64,000 bases of DNA from a virus (IMGVR_UViG_3300034157_000066), one strand, 5' to 3'. Numbered from the stretch's first letter, positions 35,257-44,996 are shown. The notes: generated by a model not told the origin, from the sequence alone. Numbers and translations: made by a program.

Positions 35257-35373
35257 ATCAGTATGAAGAAAGAAGCCCTGCACTTGCGGGGCTTTTTAAT
35301 AATAATCTATTTTTTGGTTGTTAATATTTAGTGTTTGATGTATAATCAATCCATCAAAACAGAGGTTTATCTC

Positions 35374-35757
35374 ATGACAACCATCCGCGATAAAGCAGCT
35401 AACGTAGACATCACCAGCAAAGGCTTTCTTGATTTTACTGCCCCATTCCGAAAAGGTCAGCATTCTGTTATTTGCTGGTCTTTGGTCGAAGATGGTTCTT
35501 GTGGCATAGAGGAAACCATTGCTTGTCCACCTAATTTTCAACTGGTGGCTATGATGTTTCCAGACGTTTCGGCGGTTGTTATGATGGAGTTGGCTCAAAA
35601 ACTGCGTAGCTTTTTCAACTCTTGGTGGATAACCGAAGAACCTGAAGCTTATGCAGAGCCGCCACGAAACTATTCGCGTTTTTCTGCAACCATTGAATAC
35701 ACTCGCCTTTACGCTTTCTATCTTGAACAGAAAGAGGCGATGGACGTAAAAGCGTAA
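35374..35757 (+). CDS. hypothetical protein (127 aa) between the two RNA ligases
   Basis: Promoter gatgTATAAT ~35338-35347, RBS acAGAGGtttatctcATG. Confidence 0.6.
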   Translation: MTTIRDKAANVDITSKGFLDFTAPFRKGQHSVICWSLVEDGSCGIEETIACPPNFQLVAMMFPDVSAVVMMELAQKLRSFFNSWWITEEPEAYAEPPRNYSRFSATIEYTRLYAFYLEQKEAMDVKA

Positions 35758-35848
35758 ATATCACAACAAAAGGCAGTCTTTGACTGTCTTTTTCATTGTT
35801 TGAAAACAATATTTCATGTATAATCCACTGATTAACACAGAGGTTTCT

Positions 35849-36166
35849 ATGACTAAATTTCGAATTGCTTATGACCCAGAAAATGGTGTTTCAACCCCAG
35901 ATGGAGTGTGTGTTGCTATTGTTGACGAGCTGATTTCTCTTCGTCAGTTTGGAGATGTGACTTACACCACTGCTACGGCCACTGTTATCACTGCATTCCG
36001 GTTGGCTGCGGCTGAAAAGAAAATCAGCGTTGACGATATTGTCTTTGTTTTTGATGGGTCTGATGTCACAATGGACAACAAATTTGAACTGTCGGCTTGG
36101 CCTAAACAGGGCGACATTCAAGGCAACATGCTTGGAAAAATCATGCAAGCACGAAAAAAAGTTTGA
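35849..36166 (+). CDS. hypothetical protein (105 aa); paralog of 54270..54584
   Basis: Promoter atgTATAAT ~35817-35825, RBS acAGAGGtttctATG; shared YDP..GV.T.DG...and FRLA...K.(L/I)S..DIV blocks. Confidence 0.65.
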   Translation: MTKFRIAYDPENGVSTPDGVCVAIVDELISLRQFGDVTYTTATATVITAFRLAAAEKKISVDDIVFVFDGSDVTMDNKFELSAWPKQGDIQGNMLGKIMQARKKV

Positions 36167-36222
36167 ATTAAAAATCAGTTTTTGATATAATCAATTCAGA
36201 CAATTTAATCGTGGAGATTCAC

Positions 36223-37344
36223 ATGACTTATCAACAAGAACTGTATGCCCAACTGATGAACCTGTTGGTGACGAATCCGGGGTCGTTCAAATACCGTGAT
36301 GAAACCTCGGCAGTAGACGGCGGGACTTACCGTGTCTTCAACTATGACATTCCAAAGCACTCCGAATTCAAACTTCCGGGTGCTAAGGATTGCCGTGGGG
36401 TCATGTTCTACATGGGCGGTGATGATCCAGTGCTGGTTGCATTGCCTATGCAGAAATTTTTCTCGCTCGGTGAAACCCCAGAGACTCAAAAGATCAAGCC
36501 AGAAGAAGCGGATCATGCTTACTTGAAGCCGGACGGTTCCTTGCTGACCAGCTATATCTCGCCGGTTAACAATACGCTTTACTACAAGAGCAAAAAGAAG
36601 CCAACTTTTGCCGATTATGACCTTGTTGAAAAGTCTATCAGCCCTGAATTGCACGCTGACATTGAACGGTTGACCCGCACAGGTGTTTCTGTTGACTTGG
36701 AATTGACCACGCCCAAAAACCGCGTGTTCATTGAATACACTGATTACGCTGTTCATATCCTAAAAGCCCGTGATATGAGCACTGGTGCTTATGTTGATAT
36801 TCGTTCGGCTGAATTCGCTGCCAAATACCCGGTTATTGCGGCCCATTTGGTGAAACGTATCCCTATCAATGAACTCAACGTCAATGACCCTGAGATTGAG
36901 GGTTATGTGGTTGAATTTGGCACTGACATGTATAAGGTGAAGACAATTCCTTACCTGAAAATGTCGGCAGTTGTCAACATTCAGGATCGGTCGAAGGAAC
37001 GTCAGGTTATTTATGAAGCAACACTTCACGAAATTCTGGATGAAATCCGTTCGTTGTATCACTACCGGACGCACAGCGACAACTTCCCACTGGCTGAAAT
37101 TCTGGCTCGCTTGGATGAAGTAGAAGACTATGCACGTAAAAGCTACCATTACCTTGTTCGCACGGTCGATAGCTTCCACAATGAGCATAAAGGTCTGGAA
37201 CGTGGCGATTACGCTCGTAAAGCCAAAGAAGTGGCTCCATTGCTTCTGTCGGTGTTGATGAGCAAGTTTTCGGGTGATGAGATTGATTACAAACAAGCTG
37301 CTATCATGGTATTTGCTCGTAAACAAGTGCCTATTCCCGAGTAA
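36223..37344 (+). CDS. rnlA: RNA ligase 1 family (T4 RnlA-like) paralog B, 373 aa
   Basis: GGTYRVFNYD...CRGVMF, MQKFFSLGETPE, YLKPDGSLLTSY (KxDG), EGYVVEFGTDMYKVKT, EHKGLERGDYARKAK closely parallel T4 Rnl1 blocks; promoter ttgaTATAAT ~36183-36192; terminator aacggccctagtcttctagggcttttttat ~37353. Confidence 0.85.
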   Translation: MTYQQELYAQLMNLLVTNPGSFKYRDETSAVDGGTYRVFNYDIPKHSEFKLPGAKDCRGVMFYMGGDDPVLVALPMQKFFSLGETPETQKIKPEEADHAYLKPDGSLLTSYISPVNNTLYYKSKKKPTFADYDLVEKSISPELHADIERLTRTGVSVDLELTTPKNRVFIEYTDYAVHILKARDMSTGAYVDIRSAEFAAKYPVIAAHLVKRIPINELNVNDPEIEGYVVEFGTDMYKVKTIPYLKMSAVVNIQDRSKERQVIYEATLHEILDEIRSLYHYRTHSDNFPLAEILARLDEVEDYARKSYHYLVRTVDSFHNEHKGLERGDYARKAKEVAPLLLSVLMSKFSGDEIDYKQAAIMVFARKQVPIPE

Positions 37345-37473
37345 GTGACTGTTTAATAAAACGGCCCTAGTCTTCTAGGGCTTTTTTATTTCTATTAAAA
37401 AATAGCTTTACGAAAATTATGTTTTTTGCTATAATTCAACTGTTGAAACATACATACTACTCAGGAGCTGAAA

Positions 37474-37761
37474 ATGCCATTCACTGCAAGCATTGTTAAC
37501 CGTCATGGTTACGCCCATGCTTTCTGCAAATCCAGCCACGGCCATTACTACATGGGTGGCCCGAAAACTGCAGAAGTGGTTTTTCAAACGGTAAAAGAGT
37601 TCAATGATTTTGTTGAACATCTGGAACATTTGACGGTTGAAGACCCGCGTGTTTCTCAGTATGACCTTGATGTGTTTGGTTTTGTTAAAGGTCGTGTTCA
37701 ATTTGATTTGATTACACCGAAAACCGCTAGACCACCAGCACCCATTCATAAACTTAAATAA
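37474..37761 (+). CDS. hypothetical protein (95 aa)
   Basis: Promoter tgcTATAAT ~37422-37430, RBS tcAGGAGctgaaaATG. Confidence 0.65.
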   Translation: MPFTASIVNRHGYAHAFCKSSHGHYYMGGPKTAEVVFQTVKEFNDFVEHLEHLTVEDPRVSQYDLDVFGFVKGRVQFDLITPKTARPPAPIHKLK

Positions 37762-37774
37762 TATTGGAGTTGTC

Positions 37775-38086
37775 ATGAAAAAATTACTGTGCTTTTTGGC
37801 TGTACCCTTTTTGCTAACAGGTTGTTTGGATGAATTAAAAACGTCCGAAGCTTCACAGGTAAGCACTGCGAATACAATCAAGTATCAAAAGGAAATTGAT
37901 ATTGCTCGGGATAACGGCCCGCAAGATATTGTTTGTAGCTCAGGTGGTGTTGTTACCTATAAGCACGAAAATGTTATCTTGTATCGTAGCATTTATTCAG
38001 ATACTAGAAACATTGATGTCTATGAACAAGACACTACTGAGAAAGTTGTTGTTTCTGGGGACTGCACCATTCGCCCACATAAGTAA
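37775..38086 (+). CDS. small lipoprotein (103 aa), paralog 1 (Llp/superinfection-exclusion-like candidate)
   Basis: MKKLLCFLAVPFLLTGC lipobox; RBS ttGGAGttgtcATG; mature part with 2 Cys (DIVCSSGGVVTY...DCTIRPHK). Confidence 0.7.
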   Translation: MKKLLCFLAVPFLLTGCLDELKTSEASQVSTANTIKYQKEIDIARDNGPQDIVCSSGGVVTYKHENVILYRSIYSDTRNIDVYEQDTTEKVVVSGDCTIRPHK

Positions 38087-38127
38087 CACATATTTTCGTT
38101 TATTTAGAACAAATTATTGGAGACTTT

Positions 38128-38421
38128 ATGAAAAAAATATTAGTTGGATTAGCTCTTTCATTGGCACTGTCAGGTTGTGATCGTGTACAACCCGCTGCTG
38201 TAGATCCTCAAAACAGGGTTATCAGTTATGAACGCGAATATGGCCCGAAAGATATCATTTGCCATTCTGGTTCAGTGGTGACTTATGATCACAAAAATGT
38301 CATTATTTATCAAAATATTCAGCATAATTCTACCATTCTCGATGTTTATGAGAATGATACTCATGAAAAGATTGGTTTGCCAGTGGCTCAATGTATTTGG
38401 CGACCTCACAAGCAAAGTTAA
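38128..38421 (+). CDS. small lipoprotein (97 aa), paralog 2
   Basis: MKKILVGLALSLALSGC lipobox; RBS attGGAGActttATG; aligns with 37775 product (DIICHSGSVVTY...QCIWRPHK); terminator aaagccgctttcgagcggtttttt. Confidence 0.7.
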   Translation: MKKILVGLALSLALSGCDRVQPAAVDPQNRVISYEREYGPKDIICHSGSVVTYDHKNVIIYQNIQHNSTILDVYENDTHEKIGLPVAQCIWRPHKQS

Positions 38422-38515
38422 CTGTTGAAAAAGCCGCTTTCGAGCGGTTTTTTGTTGTCTAATTGTTGATAAATCTGTATAATAACGATATAGATAAATC
38501 CATGAGGCTACGCGA

Positions 38516-39193
38516 ATGAAACTGACTCACGCTGAAATCATTGTTAAACGCATCATGTTGACTAGTCCGCTTACGTCAAAAAGTCGTTTGTCCGTATTGT
38601 CTCATATTCTTTTGCGTGAGCCTTTCGCACAGTGGGGTGCTGATGGGTGTGTTCATATTCACAAAGTAAAAGACACCAATCCTCGAAAAGCAGTCATGTC
38701 CATGCCGGATCATTTGGTGAAACCGCTTGACATTGACAAGGAAATTCAGAAAATGATGCCTGATTACTATGAGGCTCGATTGGTAGAGCGTGAACTTGAA
38801 ATCATGCAATATGCCTTCATGGAAAAGAACATTGATATTTATGCCAAAAAGAACCTGTCGCATCAACCCGGATTGAAAGCAGAAGTATTGACTGCCAATG
38901 CCAGCAATGCTCTCATTTTTAGTATCCCTGACAATGTTGAAGCCAGTTGGAAAAAAGCTGCTCTGGAAGTGGTTGACGCTATTATCTTGGCGTTGCGGGA
39001 AGAAAAATTTATTACTCGCAACCTTAAAGGTGAAAAAAATGACCCGTTGAAAGCTGAAAACTGGCGAATGGGGTATTGGGCTAGCATGTATGAAAAATTT
39101 CACAACGTTCGTGAAAAACTTTCTCCACCCGTTTCCAATCGTGCGGTTCTCGATATATCGGCAATGTGGGATTCGGTTGTAAATCCGAAATAA
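38516..39193 (+). CDS. hypothetical protein (225 aa)
   Basis: Promoter ctgTATAAT ~38474-38482; terminator gaccgctttcgagtggttttttt ~39215. Confidence 0.6.
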   Translation: MKLTHAEIIVKRIMLTSPLTSKSRLSVLSHILLREPFAQWGADGCVHIHKVKDTNPRKAVMSMPDHLVKPLDIDKEIQKMMPDYYEARLVERELEIMQYAFMEKNIDIYAKKNLSHQPGLKAEVLTANASNALIFSIPDNVEASWKKAALEVVDAIILALREEKFITRNLKGEKNDPLKAENWRMGYWASMYEKFHNVREKLSPPVSNRAVLDISAMWDSVVNPK

Positions 39194-39300
39194 AAACAGT
39201 TCAAACCATTAAAAGACCGCTTTCGAGTGGTTTTTTTATTGTGAAAAACTCATATTTGTTGTATAATAGCTGCATCTTAACTCGAACAGGTAAATGAAAA

Positions 39301-39876
39301 ATGTCTACTATCAATGTTGGTAAACTCTCTGAAATCAAATCCAGCTCCGAATTGAAACGCAAGCTTGAACAAATCAAGTCTGGCATCAAAATGGCCGTAA
39401 GCCAGTTGGAAAAGACTGCAGTGGTTGTTCCACAAGAATACCTGTTCACGTTCCGCATGGGTCACAAAATTTTCACCGTTGTTCCTAACACGGAAGAACT
39501 TTCCAAAGGCACCTTCGACTTGGGCCAACAGCTTAAAAAACTGGAACTGGCTGACTTCCAAAAAGTCAATCTGCTGGTTGAGCTGGAATCTGTTTCGTTG
39601 AACGACCGCATGAACAGCATGAAATCGGATGTGTTGACCATTAAAGGCAGCGATGTTCGTTTTCGTGCAAAACACATCATCAAGCCAGCACAACCCGGCC
39701 AAGAACACCTGAACGCATGGTCGAATTTGACTGATGTTGTTTCGATTGTTGTTACTCGCCTTCCAGAAAATCCAGAAGTGCGTGTTCAAGCCGAATTGGC
39801 ACACTTGAAAGACGTTATTGAAAATTCGAGCCTTTTCGCAGTAGATAAAGATGAAAATCTTTTGATTAAACTGTAA
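39301..39876 (+). CDS. hypothetical protein (191 aa); distant paralog of 25710..26264
   Basis: Promoter ttgTATAAT ~39258-39266; shared L.IKGSDVRF block. Confidence 0.6.
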   Translation: MSTINVGKLSEIKSSSELKRKLEQIKSGIKMAVSQLEKTAVVVPQEYLFTFRMGHKIFTVVPNTEELSKGTFDLGQQLKKLELADFQKVNLLVELESVSLNDRMNSMKSDVLTIKGSDVRFRAKHIIKPAQPGQEHLNAWSNLTDVVSIVVTRLPENPEVRVQAELAHLKDVIENSSLFAVDKDENLLIKL

Positions 39877-39948
39877 AAAAAGCTTGTCCAAATAAGAGTT
39901 TTTCGGTATACTACACCCATCAAATCAACGAAGTGAAGGAAATCAAAA

Positions 39949-40569
39949 ATGACTAAGACTACTGTTCTCAACCACTCCGCAATGTCCGCTAAGCTGCGTA
40001 GCATCTTCACCGCCAACAAAGATATGAAGGCTGTTTCGAAAATGCTCACCCAAGAATTCACCCTGTCGAAAACCGAAGTGCCAAACGTCATGACACTCAC
40101 CATGAAAAACGGTGAAACTCAATCGGTTACCATCATCGACAACCGTTTTGCAGTCATCAGCTACGCCAAGCCGAAGGGTGCGAAGGCCAGCACGATTTTC
40201 CTGAACAAATCGACGCCTATCACTTCGATGAAAGCCAGCAAAGTGGTTGTGGTTGACCTCGAAGAACGCACTGTCGAAAACGGCGACTCGTTCGTAGGCT
40301 TCTCGCTGAAAAACGGCGGCAACGTGCCAGTTGACTTCCTGTTGGGTAGCTCGCTGGAACTGGTCGCTGTTCGTAACTACATCAACCACACTCAACTCTA
40401 TGTTGCCACACTTGACAACAAAGTGCTGGTAGCCGATAACATCAAAGCAGTTCGTGCCTTCATCAACGCCGAAGTAAAAGTGGTTGTTGACGCTTTCGCA
40501 CCACGCGAAATGGAAGCCTTCGAAGCCGACCTGACCACTGCTCTGGAAGGTTCGGTAGCGACTGCTTAA
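39949..40569 (+). CDS. hypothetical protein (206 aa)
   Basis: Promoter cggTATACT ~39905-39913, RBS gaAGGAaatcaaaaATG; higher GC and biased codon usage suggest high expression; terminator aagcccttgaccagttcaggggcttttttc. Confidence 0.65.
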   Translation: MTKTTVLNHSAMSAKLRSIFTANKDMKAVSKMLTQEFTLSKTEVPNVMTLTMKNGETQSVTIIDNRFAVISYAKPKGAKASTIFLNKSTPITSMKASKVVVVDLEERTVENGDSFVGFSLKNGGNVPVDFLLGSSLELVAVRNYINHTQLYVATLDNKVLVADNIKAVRAFINAEVKVVVDAFAPREMEAFEADLTTALEGSVATA

Positions 40570-40697
40570 CCTTTCGAAGTAATCAAAAGCCCTTGACCAG
40601 TTCAGGGGCTTTTTTCATTCAAAAATAAGTTTTTTGTTGCCTTTAACGGCTATTTTTGATATACTTATCGCAACTTAAAATGAATGAGGATTTTACA

Positions 40698-41570
40698 ATG
40701 TTCCATACCAACGGAAACCGTCGCCCAAACCCTGTTCTGTCCATTGTGATCAATCATCATGGTAAAAGCTTCAATGAAGTGGTTCGTTTTGTAAATGGCT
40801 ATTTCAGTGAGGTTAAAAACAGTCGCGTTTCCATGCTGTTGGATAAAAAGGTTTTTGCACAGGCACTGTATCCGCTGAAAACAGTGAACCGTATTGAGTG
40901 GAAATCGGTTGAAGACACTTACAAAAGTGAAGGTAACTACACTTTGTTCAACATCACCAAAACAGCCACTAAACATGAGGCTCTGTTGAATATCTACATC
41001 ATCCCACAAGAAATGTTGCTGGAAATGCCAAAGCAAAAGGACACTAACTTTGAAGCTACGATGAATCCTGATTTTGTCGTGGAAGAAAAACGTCTTAGCC
41101 AAGGCCCGGTCATTACCGTTTTCACGACCGAAGACATTGATGGTGTTCATTACTTCAAAAGCCAGACAGAAGCCCTGTATTACGTCAAAGGCAATCAGTC
41201 TGCACTGTCTACTGTTGATGTTATTTGTGTCGGTGATGAATACTTTGAAGTGAAGGCTAAATTGCCCGCTTTCAAAGCCGTCAATGTCAATGAGCATAAA
41301 CTGTTTGCTTTCGTGCCACACAAGGCACCAAAAGACCAGACAATGTTTTCGGCCAGTGTTGACCGTGCTGATCGAAATGTCTTCACTCATGACGTGGATA
41401 GCTTCGAAGATGGCCTTTACAAAGTTCAAGGTAGCTTGACTGGGGCGGTTCTGGTTGAAACTTTGACCAGCAAAATCAAATCCAGCACTCGCAAAGCTTA
41501 CTTCTTGAAATATGGTTCGGATGAATACAAAAAAGTAGTGGCTGAAATGCCAATGGTTACGACTGTTTAA
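40698..41570 (+). CDS. hypothetical protein (290 aa)
   Basis: RBS atGAGGAttttacaATG; track ORF 40656 trimmed; terminator aagacctagcgataggtctttttttt. Confidence 0.6.
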   Translation: MFHTNGNRRPNPVLSIVINHHGKSFNEVVRFVNGYFSEVKNSRVSMLLDKKVFAQALYPLKTVNRIEWKSVEDTYKSEGNYTLFNITKTATKHEALLNIYIIPQEMLLEMPKQKDTNFEATMNPDFVVEEKRLSQGPVITVFTTEDIDGVHYFKSQTEALYYVKGNQSALSTVDVICVGDEYFEVKAKLPAFKAVNVNEHKLFAFVPHKAPKDQTMFSASVDRADRNVFTHDVDSFEDGLYKVQGSLTGAVLVETLTSKIKSSTRKAYFLKYGSDEYKKVVAEMPMVTTV

Positions 41571-41685
41571 TCATTCAAAACTATTAGAAAAGACCTAGCG
41601 ATAGGTCTTTTTTTTATTCTATAAAAAATCGACAACTCTTCATTTATTTGTTATAATTACAGTCAATTAAAAGCGAGAAAATATC

Positions 41686-42105
41686 ATGTCAAATCAAGCA
41701 GCAGCGACTATCCTAATGCCAGAAAGTGGACAACAATGGAAATGTGTTGAAGAATTTGATTTTTTGAACACTTCAATTCCGTTCACTGTTCTTGATGTAA
41801 CTGACAATGTGGTCTACTTCACTCCAGACAAAATACACTTTAAAGACGGTGCTTTTTACAATGAAATTACCATTCACAATGCTTATGGCACAACGTGTTT
41901 TTCAATGGAACCTTTTACATACAGAAAGGGCATTCCAAGCAAAATTTTGTACAAGCCTTTAAATTTTCGAAAACTTCGGCTGGATTTGTTCTTAAATGAA
42001 TTTCAGCGTGCTCCAGATGTAGTCAATGTTGTAGATAGTCACAAACCTTCGGGTTTTCTGTCTTCATGGTTTTCTAAACTCAAATCCAAAATATCAGCTA
42101 TTTGA
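41686..42105 (+). CDS. hypothetical protein (139 aa)
   Basis: Promoter tgTTATAAT ~41649-41657. Confidence 0.55.
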   Translation: MSNQAAATILMPESGQQWKCVEEFDFLNTSIPFTVLDVTDNVVYFTPDKIHFKDGAFYNEITIHNAYGTTCFSMEPFTYRKGIPSKILYKPLNFRKLRLDLFLNEFQRAPDVVNVVDSHKPSGFLSSWFSKLKSKISAI

Positions 42106-42198
42106 AAATTAAATAGCAACATCATCCTTCATTTTTATCGACACTTAGACCTTTTTTTGGTATAATTGAGGTTATCCAATAATGTCTAGGTGTTTCCT

Positions 42199-42975
42199 AT
42201 GTCTATCAAACCAAAAGCTCTCTATGACTTGTTTTTTAAAGAACACTACATTCCTTTAAGTGAAACTATTGTTCGCTTGAACATGTTGGCTAACTTTATT
42301 GAAAAGCAGCCGGGAACACTGGCTTTCAATAAAGCCCACATGACCAATGACGACACGACTGATCGTAAAGAAAGCCTTGATAACTGCAGCATTGTTGAGT
42401 GGGCAGCACAAGACCCGTCTTTCAACTCTATTGGCCTTTGGATGACTTCAAAGGAAAGCAAGCATGACCGTGATTTCGTTCTGACACCTTATCCACATTT
42501 TAAAACTTTCTATAAGCTCACCTATGCACCGGGAGCAACTACACAAAAAGAAGCAGACGCTGAGCATGATAAATTTTTCCCTATGGCCGTCTTCTTTGGT
42601 TTGCATCCAGCCGTTTATAAATACCTATTTTCTTCTCTTAACTATGAGTATGATTTTGGTATTTTCAAATACACTATTATTCACTGGTTGAAATCTCTTG
42701 ATATTCCAGAATTTTATTGGTCTACTTTGAATTTGGAGACGACTAACAAATATTTCCGTTTTGGCCCAATGGATATGGTGAAACGTATTCGACATTTTGT
42801 CAGTATTCTGGAACAATCACCATTGACCAGCACTTATGAAGCTACCTATAACATGCTGGATACCTCAGAAGGTCAGCTTGAAACAGAAGCTAATCGAATT
42901 TCTGTGAAAATTCACCACTTTATTAAAAAGATGTCGATTTTTAACTTTTTGGCTAACTTTTCAAAATCTGCTTGA
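42199..42975 (+). CDS. hypothetical protein (258 aa)
   Basis: Promoter tggTATAAT ~42159-42167, RBS ctAGGTGtttcctATG. Confidence 0.6.
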   Translation: MSIKPKALYDLFFKEHYIPLSETIVRLNMLANFIEKQPGTLAFNKAHMTNDDTTDRKESLDNCSIVEWAAQDPSFNSIGLWMTSKESKHDRDFVLTPYPHFKTFYKLTYAPGATTQKEADAEHDKFFPMAVFFGLHPAVYKYLFSSLNYEYDFGIFKYTIIHWLKSLDIPEFYWSTLNLETTNKYFRFGPMDMVKRIRHFVSILEQSPLTSTYEATYNMLDTSEGQLETEANRISVKIHHFIKKMSIFNFLANFSKSA

Positions 42976-43039
42976 TTAAAATCTAATTTTTGAGGTATAA
43001 TTCAGTATCTCATTAATTCATTACAGTTGAGGAATCATC

Positions 43040-43513
43040 ATGTATCTTGAAGAATCGAACGCCGCTCCAGCAAAACGTCCCATGTCGGTAAAAAAGACAA
43101 TGCCTGTTGTTGCAAAACAAGAACCAACACCAGAAGAAATGGCGGTTGCCTTTTTTGACCATTTTGGTTCACTCAATCTGCAAGAGTTTTTTAGTCATAA
43201 TGATTTGTTTAACGTCCGTGAAGTCATTCGTGAAGTCATGAACATTGAATCCTTTCAACTCGATCCAGAAGAGACAGGCTACAACAACCTTCCAAAAAAA
43301 GGTTTTCGCTTTGCTTATTTCCCTAATTATCTGTATGACGAAAAAAATCCACATAGTTTTGACCCCGCAACCACTGAACTGGTTGAAGCATGGGCTAAAC
43401 GCCATGATTATTTCTTCTATGTTGATGATGCGTATGCGTATATCGGCATTCCAGAAGACATGTTCCCTATGCCTTATTTCAGCAAGTTTAAGACGGCTTT
43501 TGAAGACGCTTAA
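43040..43513 (+). CDS. hypothetical protein (157 aa)
   Basis: Promoter gagGTATAAT ~42993-43002, RBS ttGAGGAatcatcATG. Confidence 0.65.
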   Translation: MYLEESNAAPAKRPMSVKKTMPVVAKQEPTPEEMAVAFFDHFGSLNLQEFFSHNDLFNVREVIREVMNIESFQLDPEETGYNNLPKKGFRFAYFPNYLYDEKNPHSFDPATTELVEAWAKRHDYFFYVDDAYAYIGIPEDMFPMPYFSKFKTAFEDA

Positions 43514-43593
43514 AAGGCAGTTTTCTCAAATAAGAAATGACATCCTTGTAAAAATGGGGTATACTTACCCCATTAATCAAATAGGTGATTATC

Positions 43594-43860
43594 ATGGTTG
43601 ATCGACATATTGTACCAAAAGATGCTTTGGAACTGATCACTACACAGAAGACCGTGCCCGCTGGATCTACTATTGTCATTCTCGCCAGTGACGTTCTGGC
43701 ATTGCGTGAAAAACTGGGGTTTTTTGAAATCATTGCAAAAGAACACCGTGACCTGTTGCAACGCCTTCGCTATTCGGATAATGATGAAGGTGATCGTGAT
43801 GCGGATCGTGCCCGCGAAACCATTCGTGTAATAAATGTGAAATTAGCTCAAAAAGTTTAA
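43594..43860 (+). CDS. hypothetical protein (88 aa)
   Basis: RBS atAGGTGAttatcATG; track ORF 43585 trimmed. Confidence 0.6.
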   Translation: MVDRHIVPKDALELITTQKTVPAGSTIVILASDVLALREKLGFFEIIAKEHRDLLQRLRYSDNDEGDRDADRARETIRVINVKLAQKV

Positions 43861-43932
43861 AATCCCCTTGTAAATGTGGTTTTTGATTGATATAATTACC
43901 CCACACAAACAGATACCTAAGAGGTTATCAAC

Positions 43933-44292
43933 ATGGCTACTCTTCAACAGTTGAAGAACAAAGAAATGTCCTACAACGAAACCAACAAAGACCAATTTCA
44001 CCGTGCCGGTAAAAAAGCACTGAAAGAACTGGCTGTGAAGCTGAATCTTCCAGCAGGTGGTTTTGAAGTTCGCAGTAACAAAGGTGGCATTGCCGTTTCG
44101 GGTGAAGTCACCCTGCACAGCGAAAGCCTGTATGTTCAAATCTCCGACTCTTCTTCGGGTCGTGGCCTGCAGGTTCTGTTCCGCACTTGCAAAGGTATGA
44201 AAGACTACTCTGGTGGTCAAAACAACTTTGCTGACATCGACCGCTTCGAATCGGAAGCTTTTGTTGAGCAACTGAAAAAAATGGCCGCATAA
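43933..44292 (+). CDS. hypothetical protein (119 aa) with the same conserved leader as the triplicated family
   Basis: Promoter ttgaTATAAT + leader TACCCCACACAAACAGA (43893-43918), RBS ctAAGAGGttatcaacATG; terminator gacccggacttggttccgggttttttat. Confidence 0.65.
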   Translation: MATLQQLKNKEMSYNETNKDQFHRAGKKALKELAVKLNLPAGGFEVRSNKGGIAVSGEVTLHSESLYVQISDSSSGRGLQVLFRTCKGMKDYSGGQNNFADIDRFESEAFVEQLKKMAA

Positions 44293-44467
44293 CCAAACGG
44301 TCTACCAAAGACCCGGACTTGGTTCCGGGTTTTTTATTTCTTAAATTTGTCTCAATTGTCAAGCCTTAAATCTAGAATAAATGTCATTTTTATTTGATAA
44401 ATTGCTTGTCGATTTATCCATACGCTGTTATAATAATCCCACTTAACCCAATCAAGGAAACAAAAAC

Positions 44468-44872
44468 ATGAAAGCATCTACTCTCTCCATTCTCATCGGT
44501 GCCTTGATCGCAGCCGTTCACCAGCTCGATAAAAACATGGCGTTGTTGGACAGCGTTACCGGCTTCGACACTGTTGACCAAGAAGCCAATGGCCGTTTGG
44601 CTAACAAGCACAAGTCCACAATCACCCGTCTTGACGGCCTCGTTTGCGACATGCGTGCCGCTGACCTTGATGGTGAACGTTCGGTTCGTCTTGACCCAAT
44701 GCAACTGCATAGCGTTAACCGGGCAGTGGCTGAACACATTGCCGAACTGGAAAAAGCAATGTCCTACTTCTGCCAAATGAAAGAAGCTGAATTTACCGTT
44801 CGCTCTTTCCAAGATAAAATCGAAGACCTGCATATGGCTGTGTTCCAAGCCAATAGCTGGGGCATTCGCTAA
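44468..44872 (+). CDS. hypothetical protein with N-terminal hydrophobic segment (134 aa)
   Basis: Promoter ctgTTATAAT ~44427-44436, RBS caAGGAaacaaaaacATG. Confidence 0.6.
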   Translation: MKASTLSILIGALIAAVHQLDKNMALLDSVTGFDTVDQEANGRLANKHKSTITRLDGLVCDMRAADLDGERSVRLDPMQLHSVNRAVAEHIAELEKAMSYFCQMKEAEFTVRSFQDKIEDLHMAVFQANSWGIR

Positions 44873-44996
44873 CCCATAGCGATAAGTCATTGAAAAGGCA
44901 TTCCAGCGATGGGGTGCCTTTTTTGCTTTCAATAAATGTTGTTTTTGTCTTCGGATAATGTTACAATGTCGGCACGATTAAAGAATCTTTCAACTT

